A stretch of 64,000 nucleotides of DNA from an uncultured archaeon (GTDB lineage Archaea; Thermoproteota; Bathyarchaeia; Bathyarchaeales; Bathycorpusculaceae). The DNA lies in the NCBI GenBank assembly GCA_963782915.1, contig CAWALK010000018.1:64001-128000 (forward strand), written 5' to 3'. A program made the position numbers and the translations under genes. The stretch's first letter is position 1, and every line of letters begins with the position of its first letter. A model generated the notes under the pieces. That model was not told the DNA's origin, did not search any database, and was given only the letters and a program-made list of their open reading frames with translations. Below, piece by piece: positions 22,645-33,002 of this stretch.

Positions 22645-23814
22645 TTAAATCAGGTTTTTTTCCCGCAGAACACTCTCGCTTAGCATCGCACGGGATTCCG
22701 CCGCAGGCTTCCAAAACGTAAAGTTGCGCTTAGTCAAAAACGATGACAACGCCAAGAGCAAAATCAAGTTATTCTGCACTAATTCAAAAGCCATCACACG
22801 CGTCCGCCCAACCAGCAACGCACCGCCAATCAGAACCGCCAAAACCACAGCAAGCAATGGATAAACAACCATAACTGCCACCGATAGCACAGCCAACGCA
22901 ACCATCAAAACAGGATTAAAAATATGCAAAATTATCTCTGGAACCGCAATCCGCTTGGGCATAGACAACTTTCCATGTGCCAAAAGGTTGAGGCATCTTG
23001 CCCAGAGATGCTGCAGGTGGCCTGCACGGCGGATTTTGATGTTGACTTTGCTTTTCCAAGTTGTTGGGCTACTTGTGAAGAACCCGATTTCGGGGATTAA
23101 TAGTGCTCGTCGGTTGGTTTGGACGATGTCAAGGGCTGTTCCTGAATCGTCGGTTGCATGATTAAACTCGGATATGACGCTGCGTTTGTATGCTGCGAAG
23201 CCGCCTTGGAAAAAGATGGTTGAATGCAGCTTCGATTCGCCGATGCGGACTGATTGGATGTTGCTGTCGTAGAATTGTTCGCCCAATGTAACCCAACTGT
23301 CTGCTGGGTTGAGGAGCAGTTCCCGTGCGGTTATCGCGCCAACCGTGGGATCCGACAGATACGACAATGCTTTGGTGAGTATGTCGTTTGGCCAGAAGCA
23401 ATCCACATCAGAAATTATGACAACGTCGGCTTGGAGGGTTTTTAGGACGTTGTTTAAGCAACCGGTTTTGCCCAGATGCACTTTACTGTCGAATACACTG
23501 ATTTTTTGCTCTGGATGAGCGGCAATGTAGTTGCTTACTTCGTTTAAGGTGTTGTCTGTTGAGCAGTCGTTGGCGATGATTATTTCCATTTTGTCGGATG
23601 GATAGGTGACTTTGGCGATGTTTTCAAGTTTTAGTCGGACTAATTTTTCTTCGTTATGGACTGGTATTAGGATTGCTGTTGAAGGTGAATAGTCGCTGTC
23701 TAAATTGAGGTTCCAGACATTGGAGGAGCGCTTTTTCATGTATAGGAAGTAGATGGCGGGAACACCGAAAAATAGGGCTCCGACACTAAGCCAAGCAGCT
23801 AAAAGCCAAATCAA
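22645..23814 (-). CDS. Membrane GT2 of synthase-like (IcaA/CesA-type) topology
   Basis: N-terminal TM, IPVHNEE, NDCSTD, GK, SDVD, TDD, C-terminal TMs; QxxRW is replaced by KIRRA. Confidence 0.75.
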   Translation of the reverse strand: MIWLLAAWLSVGALFFGVPAIYFLYMKKRSSNVWNLNLDSDYSPSTAILIPVHNEEKLVRLKLENIAKVTYPSDKMEIIIANDCSTDNTLNEVSNYIAAHPEQKISVFDSKVHLGKTGCLNNVLKTLQADVVIISDVDCFWPNDILTKALSYLSDPTVGAITARELLLNPADSWVTLGEQFYDSNIQSVRIGESKLHSTIFFQGGFAAYKRSVISEFNHATDDSGTALDIVQTNRRALLIPEIGFFTSSPTTWKSKVNIKIRRAGHLQHLWARCLNLLAHGKLSMPKRIAVPEIILHIFNPVLMVALAVLSVAVMVVYPLLAVVLAVLIGGALLVGRTRVMAFELVQNNLILLLALSSFLTKRNFTFWKPAAESRAMLSESVLREKNLI

Positions 23815-23857
23815 ACAATTCCTCGCCTAACAAACAAACCAAAAATAATTCTAACTG

Positions 23858-24766
23858 TTACTTGCCGTTGGCAAAAACTTTGAAGGTTTCAGTTGCCTGA
23901 TGCTCCTTAGAAACACCAATAACCAACCCGCTGATACCATCTAAATTCGCCAAATAACCAAAGGCTTCTGCAGGCTTCAAGTACCCAGCCGCCAAAACAC
24001 TCATAGCGATAACTTCCGCATCTTTAGCTCGTTCCAGAGCCTCTTCACATTCCTGCTGAGAAGGGCACATTTGGAAACCAACCTTGTTAAAAGAAGAAGT
24101 CAAAGTTAATTTGCTAAAGTCAATACCCCATTCGCTAAACTTGTTAACGAGGTAGGGGAAATTGCGGGTTTCAAAGCCAGCTCGGACCTTCTTGTTTTCT
24201 AAGAAGCGGATGTATGATTTACAGAGGTCCTCCATGTTTAGCGCTAAAGCCATGTCAGTGACTATTTCATGAAGCATAAACGATTCAAGATGCATGTTGC
24301 TGCCTGCAGCGGATTTTATGCGTGAGAGCTCGTAAGCGACATACGCTTTCACAAGCGCTGACAAATTAAACCGTGCAAGACCACCCAGATTGGCAGCGAT
24401 GACTTTTATGTTTGAAGAAAAGATCATTTCTTTAGCCAAATTCGTCGCTAAACCCGAGACGCCGCCAGTTTGCGTGGATTTGCGCACATACTCATAAGCG
24501 TAAGGTGCAATCGCATACAACCGCACTTTTTCGCCCTTGTTGTTTTCGCTTAGGCTTTTGACGATTGATAGCATTGCTTCATCGACTGAAAACATGAAGC
24601 CGTCCGCACCATTCTCTAAGCTAAGCTGCACAAGATTCGCTGCTCGCAGAGTGCAACTTTGAGCTTGTCCCTCAGTTCGGGCACGTGCTCGTTCCTGAGA
24701 AAGATGGCTAATGCCGTGGAAGGGGTTGTCGCCGACTAGTAGGTTTAGTTGTTTGCTCATTTGCAT
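23858..24766 (-). CDS. Conserved hypothetical protein (possible TIM barrel)
   Basis: 302-aa intact ORF in the operon; LLVGDNPFHGISH, FNKVGFQM.P, IAMSVLAAG. Confidence 0.6.
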   Translation of the reverse strand: MQMSKQLNLLVGDNPFHGISHLSQERARARTEGQAQSCTLRAANLVQLSLENGADGFMFSVDEAMLSIVKSLSENNKGEKVRLYAIAPYAYEYVRKSTQTGGVSGLATNLAKEMIFSSNIKVIAANLGGLARFNLSALVKAYVAYELSRIKSAAGSNMHLESFMLHEIVTDMALALNMEDLCKSYIRFLENKKVRAGFETRNFPYLVNKFSEWGIDFSKLTLTSSFNKVGFQMCPSQQECEEALERAKDAEVIAMSVLAAGYLKPAEAFGYLANLDGISGLVIGVSKEHQATETFKVFANGK

Positions 24767-25753
24767 AGTCGCCTCACTTGGTCAAGTAAGAAGTCAACTT
24801 TGAGTGCGCTTTTGAAGTCTGATTTTGTAGGTGTTCCAGCGGTTATGGAGTCTAAGAAGTGTTTGTCTTCGCGGTAATATTCTGGATCCGCCAAGCAGGT
24901 AACCGACGTTGTCATCCAGGTTGGGTCGGTACCATCTTTTGGGTTGGGCATCTTTGAGTTCCAATTTGACTTCATCATCGTTAATGCTCAAGCTGCCCTT
25001 TGTACCATGAATAGAGATTCCGAATTCTGGCATGCGGTACTCCTTTTTACGCCAGGAAACTTCAAATTTGCCCACAAGACCGCCTGAACCCTCAACTCCA
25101 AAGCTAACATCATCCTCGGAGGTTGGGGCAATCCTTGAATTAACGGTCGCAGCTGTCGGCTTCAAGTCGCCCAAGAGCCAAACCGACAAATCCACCACAT
25201 GCGAACCCAAATCTTCCAAAACACCGCCTCGAGCCATAGAAATCGTTGAGCCTTCTGGAACTTCAGCGAAATCAGAAGAAAACGCATAAGCATCAAAAGA
25301 CGTTAAATCGCCCAAGACTTGTTGGTTTAGCAGTGTTTTGGCTTGGTTGAAGGTGACTGCGAAGCGTTTCATGTAGCCAACCATGTTGACGCCGCCCTGC
25401 TGTTCTGATAGTGTGTGGAGTTCTTCGGATCGGCTGTAGCTTGAGGTTAAGGTTTTTTCTACGAAGACGTTTTTGGCTAATTTTTGGGTATAGATTTGTT
25501 TGATTATTGGGTAATGGCTGGGTATTGGTGTTAATACGTATATTGCGTCGAGGTTTTGGTCGGCGAATTTTTCGAGGTTGTCGGTTACTAAGGCGTTTTT
25601 GAAGGGTTGCTTTGCGATTGTTCGGATCAGGCGGCTTTTGTCACATAAAGCTGTGACATCTACGTTTGGGAAGGTGCTTAGGAGGCATGCATGCATGATG
25701 CCCATTTTGCCTAGGCCGACGACGCCGACTTTCAGTTTAGGATTGGTTGCCAT
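24757..25753 (-). CDS. Gfo/Idh/MocA oxidoreductase, frameshifted near 24890
   Basis: VGVVGLGKMG, FVEKT, GGVLEDLGSH. Confidence 0.85.
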
Positions 25754-25839
25754 TTAGTCTGGTCGCTCCAAAAAAATAATTCAGAGAATAATCTGGATAC
25801 AAAAAATAATTTATTATGCAAAGATGAAAAAAGGAAAAA

Positions 25840-26536
25840 TTAGAAACTAAAGCTCTCAGCGAAAATCCGCTTCATAATCCCCAAGCCATGACGAAGCTTA
25901 AGCTTCTTCTCACCCATCCGCGATGCGATAATCGATCGGAATCTCAACGATGCGGTAGCCCCTACGTTCGACAATCGCATTCATTTCCGCTTCAACATCG
26001 AAGCCTTTGCTTTTTGGTTTCCAACCCTCTAAAGCTTCGCTTCGCACAACACGCAAACCAGACAATGGATCCTCAAGTTTAACTCCATTCATGACTAACT
26101 GTGCAATCGCTAACAATCTGTTCCCCAAATAGAATGGATTTGTTATGGATTTTGAGGTGTTATATTGGCCTTTGAAGCGGTTACCGATAACCATGCCTAC
26201 TTTGGGGTTCTGTTCTAAAACATCAACCATCTTTGGGATGTACTCGGCGGGATAAGTGTAATCGGCGTCTGTGAAGACGATATAGGGGACTTTGGAAGTG
26301 AGTCCTCTCATGCCTTGGAACATGGCGTCTCCTTTGCCTTTGCCCTCTTGGAGCATAACGTCTGCACCCATGTTTTTTGCTATCTCAATTGTTCGATCAA
26401 CGCTATTGCCGTCGACAACGACCATGTAGGGGTTGTTTAGAACCTTCTGCATTTCACCTAAGGTGGGCCCTATCCCTTCCTCCTCATTGAGAGTTGCAAT
26501 AATCACTGATATACTGGAGTTTAACTGTTCGATCAT
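25840..26536 (-). CDS. Dolichol-phosphate glycosyltransferase-like GT2 (DPM1/AglJ type), frameshifted near 25920
   Basis: ATLNEE, VDGNSVD, GKGKG, FTDADYTY, GFDVEAE; tail RMGEKKLK ends at TAA 25842-25840. Confidence 0.85.
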
Positions 26537-26684
26537 AAAAAAATCCTCGAAAAAACTTGAAGACGGCTCAAGAGTAATTGCGGGGAAACAAACTCTTAAA
26601 GCCGTAGGGATGAAACATCCCTAACAAAACAGAATTGTTCTATATTATTCCTAAAAAGTTCTAACACAAAAAAAGCGTAACTGG

Positions 26685-27805
26685 TTAAACAAGAGATTTA
26701 ACGCTGTCAAGCACAAAATCAACGTCTTCATCAGATAGACCAACATGCATGGGCAAAGTTATCGTTCTAGCCAAAACCTGCTCCGCAACTTTCAAGTCAG
26801 CATATGTGAATGCACCGAGTTTCTTGTAGACCCCTTGCATATGGCAGGGTGGATAGAAAATGTTGCCTGTTTCGACACCAAAGTCTTCGAAGAGGTGCTT
26901 TGTGAATGCGGCTTTATCGATTTTGGCATCCAAAATTAAGGGGTACTTGTAGTAGCTGCTTCTGAATCCCGCTGGGAGATTTAATTGTGGAAAACGCATC
27001 GGACTCAGCTAATGCGGAATCGTACTTTTGGGCGATTGCATTACGTCTATCAATGAACTCGTCAAGCCTCTGCAACTGATAAATGCCCAAAACCGCCGAA
27101 ACTTCTGGAAGCACCATATGCCGACCTAAATCGACAAAATTGGTTTTGCCACCACCTGAACCATAGAAACTAAACCTTTTGGCAAACTCGCATAACTCGG
27201 CATTGTTGGAAACGAGCATTCCGCCTTCGCCAGTAGTCATAACCTTCGTCGGAGTGAAAGCAAAAACCGCTGCGTCACCGAAGCTTCCAGCTTTTTGCCC
27301 GTTAACGGTGGCTCCGATGGCGTGTGTTGCGTCTTCAAGTAAAAACAAGCCATGTTCTTTGCAGATTGACTTGATTTCTTCGATGTTTGGGTTTGGAAAA
27401 CCAGAGATATGAGTTACTATTACGCCGCTTGTTTTAGGGGAAAGATTCCTGCCTTAAACTCTCAGGGTCCATAGAGAGGGTATCTGCATGTATGTCGGCG
27501 AAAACAACTTTTCCGCCTACTGCGACGACGCTGTTGGGAACAGAGACGAAACTGTTAGTGCAGACTACAACTTCTCCGCCTGCAACACCGAAATAGTGCA
27601 GCGCAGTCTCATACGCGCTTGAATCAGAATCAAACGCCACCGCGCCAGCGACGCCAACGTATTTGGCGACCATTTCCTCGAATAGTTTTACTTTTTTGCC
27701 GTTGCGGAATTGGCCTTCTTCTAGGACTTTGGCGATGTCTTGTAGGATAGGGTTTATGTCTTCTTTTGGGAAGACTGGTTTGGATGATCGAATAAGAGTT
27801 GGCAT
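26685..27805 (-). CDS. DegT/DnrJ/EryC1/StrS sugar aminotransferase in three fragments
   Basis: EDATHAIGA, AFTPTKVMTTGEGGM, TLPMH. Confidence 0.85.
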
Positions 27806-27818
27806 GTTTAGTCACTAT

Positions 27819-28376
27819 TTAAAAGTCGTATTGTACGGTGAATAGATGGAACTTTTCATCTAAGATTGCATGGATGATTCGCCATGATTCAAGCCGGTAG
27901 AGCCGATGGAAGATGAAGCCGAATCGGAAGGGTGGTAAGGCGCCGTTTTTGAGGGGTTTAACAAAGAGTTTATCGTCACTTTTGGAAACAACCCAACTAT
28001 GCACATCTTCGCCATATAGGAACTCGTTAAACCATGATGGACTTTGAACGTAACCATGTTTGGAGACACGTTTTAGTTCCCTAATCAAATTTCCAGGGTC
28101 GTCTAGATGCTCAATCAAATAGTAGCTTGTGACAAAATCGAACGCTTTTTCTTTGAAGGGCAAAGCATAGCAGCTGCATAGAACAAAGGGTTTGCCGCTG
28201 GTTACGAGTTTTTTCATGCTTCGGTCTGGAACAGGCTCAACATGCAAATCGCATAGAACATTAGCTTTTGGGAAGGGTTTTGCTCCACATGCAATGTCCA
28301 AACAGAGCAGATCGCCGTCAGTTTTTTGGCGTTCAACTTCATGGTACTTCTTTTTGCCGATATTTGAAGCGATCAA
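27819..28376 (-). CDS. Class I SAM methyltransferase domain protein
   Basis: LDIACG, LPFKEKAFD, IEHL. Confidence 0.75.
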   Translation of the reverse strand: MIASNIGKKKYHEVERQKTDGDLLCLDIACGAKPFPKANVLCDLHVEPVPDRSMKKLVTSGKPFVLCSCYALPFKEKAFDFVTSYYLIEHLDDPGNLIRELKRVSKHGYVQSPSWFNEFLYGEDVHSWVVSKSDDKLFVKPLKNGALPPFRFGFIFHRLYRLESWRIIHAILDEKFHLFTVQYDF

Positions 28377-28457
28377 GTTCAGATTTACGGATTGGAAAAC
28401 GCTCAGCTAACACAGAACATTCTGGGCTGCCAACTTTTGGTTGCATAAAAAACGCTC

Positions 28458-29592
28458 TTAAAATGCGGATTTAACTGCATTTATGGACAACTCAAGAGAC
28501 TCACCGATATATTTTATATTTTCGTTAGTTAGCCCAACGTGCATCGGCAGGCATAGCACTTGTTTGAGTACACGTTCAGAGTTGGGTAAATCGCCTTCTT
28601 TTGTTCCAAACGTTTCTTTGTAGTAGGGTTGCATGTGGCAGGGTGGATAGTAAACGTGGCCAGTTTCGATGGCATATTTCTCTTTCATTAATGCAGCGAT
28701 TTTTGGTCTGTCGATTCCATCAGCGAGTTTTAGTGGATACTTGTAGTAGCTATGCCGCGAGTTTGATGCAACCTTGAAAAGTTCAATGCCTTTGATTCCT
28801 GAGAGGGTTTCTTCATACCATTGGGCGACTCTGATTGCGTTTAGCAAGAAATTCCTCTAGATGCTCAAGCTGGTTTATCCCAACTATAGCGTTCAACTCG
28901 TTTAGTCGCCAGTTATGACCCAACATAACCACATCGCGGTGAGCATTCTGTCCGCAAGTGCGCAGGACTCGGGCTTCATCCGCGAGTGCTTCATTGTTAG
29001 TGATTATCATTCCGCCTTCGCCGCTTGTCATAACTTTGGTTGGATAGAAAGAGAAGCATCCGACATCGCCGAAGGTTCCAGCTTTTTGCCCATCAAGCAT
29101 TGCTCCATGGGCATGCGCACTGTCTTCCATTAAGAAAAGTCCTTTTTGTTCGCAGAATTCTTTGAGTTCATTGATTTGTGGACAAAGCAAACCAGCAATA
29201 TGCACCACAATCACACCGGCGGTTTTCTCAGTAACCTTACTTTTAACATCGTCCACATCGATGCCTAAAGTGTCAGGGTTCATATCAGCGAAAACAGGTT
29301 TGCCGCCAGCAAAGATAACAGAGTTGGGTGTCGAAACAAACGTGTTCGTGGGTACAATGACTTCTTTGCCCCCAAGCTTATAGTACCGTAGTGCAACATC
29401 GAGGGCTGCGGTGCCAGAATTTACTGCAACAGCATACTTGACGTTGTTGTATTCAGCGAATTTTTTCTCAAACTCTTGAGCGTAAGGTCCATCGGTTAAT
29501 CTTCCGCTTTTTAGCATCAAACGTATTTGGTTTGTTATTGCGTTTAGGCTATCTTCGGAAAAATAGGGGAAAGAACCAGAAATATTACTCAT
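28458..29592 (-). CDS. DegT/DnrJ sugar aminotransferase, frameshifted near 28840
   Basis: NSGTAAL, EDSAHAHGA, FSFYPTKVMTSGEGGM. Confidence 0.9.
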
Positions 29593-29617
29593 TTTAAATT
29601 ACTCCATTTTTTATTGG

Positions 29618-30286
29618 TTACCATGATTTTGCGCCTGTACAGAAAAGATAATCCACCACTGAGAGGTTGGGAACAAACTCGCCGCTGCTTTGCGGGTAGA
29701 TTGGATGAGAAAAATCTTGAAACTTAAGCGCTATGCCTTGTTGCTCAAAAAGTTCTTTTTCGATGTAGCCTTTGCAGCCGTTGCCTGCAAGCTGTACATC
29801 AGCGCCGACTTCTTTGCATTGAGCCACGATTAACTCGGTTTTTTTGCCCTGTGCATGCAACGAAGAACTCAGAACCAATGGTTTATCGATTTTGAGAAAA
29901 CCCATGATTCCCTTAATGAGATGCATGTTTAGGTCCATCAGCAGGTCCCATTCGCGTTCATAGGTTTCTTCAAAGAAATCTGAGAACTCATTCCAGTAAG
30001 GCGCTTTGCAGTAGCCATGCTTTAGGGTTAGCCAGTGTTTGCGTCCCCAGTTGGGTTCGCCTTTATTGGCAATCTTGACTTCGTTGATAAGTAAGGGTTT
30101 ATTCGCATGCTCTATGGGAACACTTAACCATCTTACGCCATCAGAGGTGAGGATTCGGTTTCTGTTAGTGAATCCTTGCCGTTCAAATTGCACGTTGTCT
30201 TCTATTATGAAGATGTCTACTCGGCGCATCTTATCGAAGAAACCCAGCTATGGCAGATAGTTGGGTTGATGGCCAGCTACAATCAT
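29618..30286 (-). CDS. wbqC: WbqC family protein with an in-frame TAG at codon 13
   Basis: ATG 30286 gives MIVAGHQPNYLP*LGFFDKM, in frame with the 203-aa ORF (NRNRI, YPQ..GEFVPNLSVVDYLF). Confidence 0.85.
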
Positions 30287-30301
30287 TTCTATATCGCCAG
30301 G

Positions 30302-30931
30302 TTATGGGATGCTTGTTTTTTCAACGTATCGAACGACTTCGAAAGCTTCTGCTGCTGGGAGACTGACTTGGCTGCCTCTAAAAGAGGCTAAATTAACCAT
30401 TGACTCGTAGGTGATGTAACGTTTTGTTTTCTGTGAAAAATGGCATTTTAATGCGGTCCATTTATCGTTTACACAGTTAGTTATATCAACAAAGTAAGTG
30501 GGAGAAAAATCAGCTGTAACCCGAGGAGTTTCAAAAGCTAAAACTTGGGGTGCATTTCTGAATGCAGACATTGAAATCCAGCCTACTTGGCGATGATCCT
30601 GATGGATATCGTTCACTGTATGGGTGAGTACGGTTTCGGGTTTGTTTGCGACGTAGAAGGCTTCTAGGAAATCTATAGCTTGCCGTGAACAGGGAATCTC
30701 TGTGTCTGGGAAATCGCCGAAGTAAACCTCTTTTACGCCAAGGTAAGAGAGGGCTTCGATGCTTTCTTTGGGTCGTACTTCGGGGTTGCCGCTGTGTTCA
30801 CCTTTAGACATGAAGACAGCTATGACTTTTTTTCCGAGTTTGGATGCTGCACGGATGGTTCCACCGCAGCCTAATTCGATGTCGTCTGGGTGTGCACCCA
30901 CTGCTAAAATAGTGTTGGATTTTAGAACCAA
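30302..30931 (-). CDS. PIG-L/LmbE family deacetylase
   Basis: AHPDDIELGCGG, HQDH, HFSQ, AEAF; own SD GGAGG and TTG start at 30931. Confidence 0.85.
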   Translation of the reverse strand: MVLKSNTILAVGAHPDDIELGCGGTIRAASKLGKKVIAVFMSKGEHSGNPEVRPKESIEALSYLGVKEVYFGDFPDTEIPCSRQAIDFLEAFYVANKPETVLTHTVNDIHQDHRQVGWISMSAFRNAPQVLAFETPRVTADFSPTYFVDITNCVNDKWTALKCHFSQKTKRYITYESMVNLASFRGSQVSLPAAEAFEVVRYVEKTSIP

Positions 30932-30959
30932 ATTTTTGTCCTCCAAAATAAAAAAAGCA

Positions 30960-31624
30960 GTTACTGTTACTACGGTCATGTTGAGCCACAAATCGAGGTA
31001 ACGTTCATGGTACTGGAAACTGTTGGTTGAATCGTTATAAAGCCAAAGTTCAAAGATTAAGTCGCCATAGAAGCCTGCTTTGGCTGTATCCCAGTTTATG
31101 CTTGTATAACTAATGTCTGTGGCTTTGCCGTTTATGGTTATGCTTTCCATGTTTAACTGGGTAGAAACATCCGCATTGACGTTATACTTGAAAGAAATAT
31201 CCACGGGTAATTCTTCTGTGGCGTTTTGGGCAACTAATACCGTTAAGCTACCCAAAGAAGGCAAAGTGCTACTTGTGTGATTGAAACTGTTAGGTGTATA
31301 TTGGGTTTGGTTGGCGAATTTTACGTCAATCCTATAGTTTGCCGTGGACCCTAAATGGTTAGCTAAATTGAGGTATAGGCGGATGTTTTCGTCTGCGGTG
31401 ACGTTTGAGGGGTAAGCAGCGTCGTGGTTTGGCCCAAAAAGCCAAAATTCAGTTAAAGGGTTGGTTTGTGGATAAACAAGCAGTTGCTGAAGTGTTGGGG
31501 AAGCAACCAAAAGCGAAACCGCTATGCACAGAACAATTATGAGTGTCTTATACTGTTTCAGACCCAAAGTTGCTTCTCCTTTCGCATTTATTGAGAACAA
31601 ACTAAGCAGCGATTCCTGCCTCAT
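30960..31624 (-). CDS. DUF1616 family membrane-anchored protein
   Basis: N-terminal TM, TEFWLFGP..YP, LANHLG, FELWLYN...LWLNMT; apparently fused to the deacetylase only by an indel. Confidence 0.7.
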
Positions 31625-31832
31625 TTTGCGTAACCATTAAGGATTCAACGTTTGCCCCTTGGGTTCCGCTTACTAAACAGACTGATAAGCGTCTTTAAGC
31701 GTATTTTTTGCTAAATTAATAGCTGATCCTGCATCTTGGCATACCGCTAAGGGTAAAGCAAACAGAGAGATGCATAGAAAAACAGTAACTAATGCGCTGA
31801 TACGTATTTGCGCTTTAGTCAAAAGTTAAGCC

Positions 31833-32183
31833 TCAAACCAATTTTTCAAATTGGTCAGGAAAAGTCAGTGGCCGTGAAGGGCAGAGATTTTCGAGTACTT
31901 TACGTTTGGTGGAGAAATCGTTTAGGCGCTTCTCCATGCTTTTGCTGCATCTTGCGTATTCTTTGTAGGCATCTAGGTATTCGTGGCCTTTGCCAGTCAA
32001 TAGGTAGAGTTGGTTGGCGTTTTCGAATGTTACGAGTGATGCCTCGACGATTTCGCCCAGGTAGCGTTGGAGTACTTTGTAGCTTAGGTTGGCTTGGTAC
32101 ATGATTTGTGTTTTTTTGGCTTCTCGACTTACGACGCTTAGGATGTCTGCTATTATGTCTAGTCTATCTCTATAATTCACCAA
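31833..32183 (-). CDS. Winged-helix transcription regulator (HTH_45/ArnR1-like)
   Basis: RDRLDIIADIL, KKTQIMYQANLSY, Y.LTGKG. Confidence 0.85.
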   Translation of the reverse strand: MVNYRDRLDIIADILSVVSREAKKTQIMYQANLSYKVLQRYLGEIVEASLVTFENANQLYLLTGKGHEYLDAYKEYARCSKSMEKRLNDFSTKRKVLENLCPSRPLTFPDQFEKLV

Positions 32184-32217
32184 GCAAATTCTTCCGTCTA
32201 GGTTAAAATTTCGTTTT

Positions 32218-32610
32218 TTATTTATGCAGCCAACCGCGACCGTTCTTTTTCTGTTGCGGTTTGTTTTTTTGATCTTTAACTAATAATTCATCGCTGGTTT
32301 TTCTTTTGGATGGCTGCGTTTTGATGTTATCTTTAACGAATTTGTTCCATCCGCCAACAGTTGGATTTGGAGGGATGTATCTTTCTGCGTTTGTCACTTC
32401 GTGTTGTTCGAGAATATCTTTGAAGTTTAAAACTTTGAAGTCTCTTGTCGCATGAATGACGGTACCTTTATCGATGAAAAGTGAGCTGTAATCGTTGACT
32501 GCGATGCCTTCAGCGCGTACTCTGTCATCTAATCGTTCAGTCCATAGTCTTTTCCATTCGACTTTTAATTCGTCTACGAATTCTTTCTGTTTTAGCGTCA
32601 TAACTAACAA
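32218..32610 (-). CDS. Hypothetical protein
   Basis: Intact 130-aa ORF at the head of the operon. Confidence 0.6.
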   Translation of the reverse strand: MLVMTLKQKEFVDELKVEWKRLWTERLDDRVRAEGIAVNDYSSLFIDKGTVIHATRDFKVLNFKDILEQHEVTNAERYIPPNPTVGGWNKFVKDNIKTQPSKRKTSDELLVKDQKNKPQQKKNGRGWLHK

Positions 32611-33002
32611 TTCCCTTCATGGTAGAAGCGGATGAGAAAAATCGGTTTTACTAAAAAATTTTCTACTAAAACTCGCTTGAGGATTAAGCCTCAATAAGTA
32701 TCTGTCCTTTCGCGGTTATTTAAACTGTAAGGATAAATTGTTCTAGTTTTATCTACAATAAAACTTTGTTTTCTGTATTTTTTACGTCTTTCTGTTAGAT
32801 GGAATTATTGTTTGACATAGAACAAGATTGGTTTAGTATAGAAGATATTTTCTTTGAACACCAATCTTTTGATAGTTTTCTATAAAATTCTTTAATGTTT
32901 TGTGGTTTAATAAGCATTTACTCGACTGAGCTGTTGGGGTTTGGGCGTTTAACATTTAAATTCTACTTGATACTATTGATTTTGCAGTGATTCTTTATGT
33001 CA

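Noticed and set aside
30302-31624. Apparent DUF1616-PIG-L deacetylase fusion (440 aa)
   Set aside because: The junction has TAG-TAA-CAG-TAA one frame off, a T tract, and GGAGG plus TTG at 30931, so it reads as an intergenic region joined by an indel.
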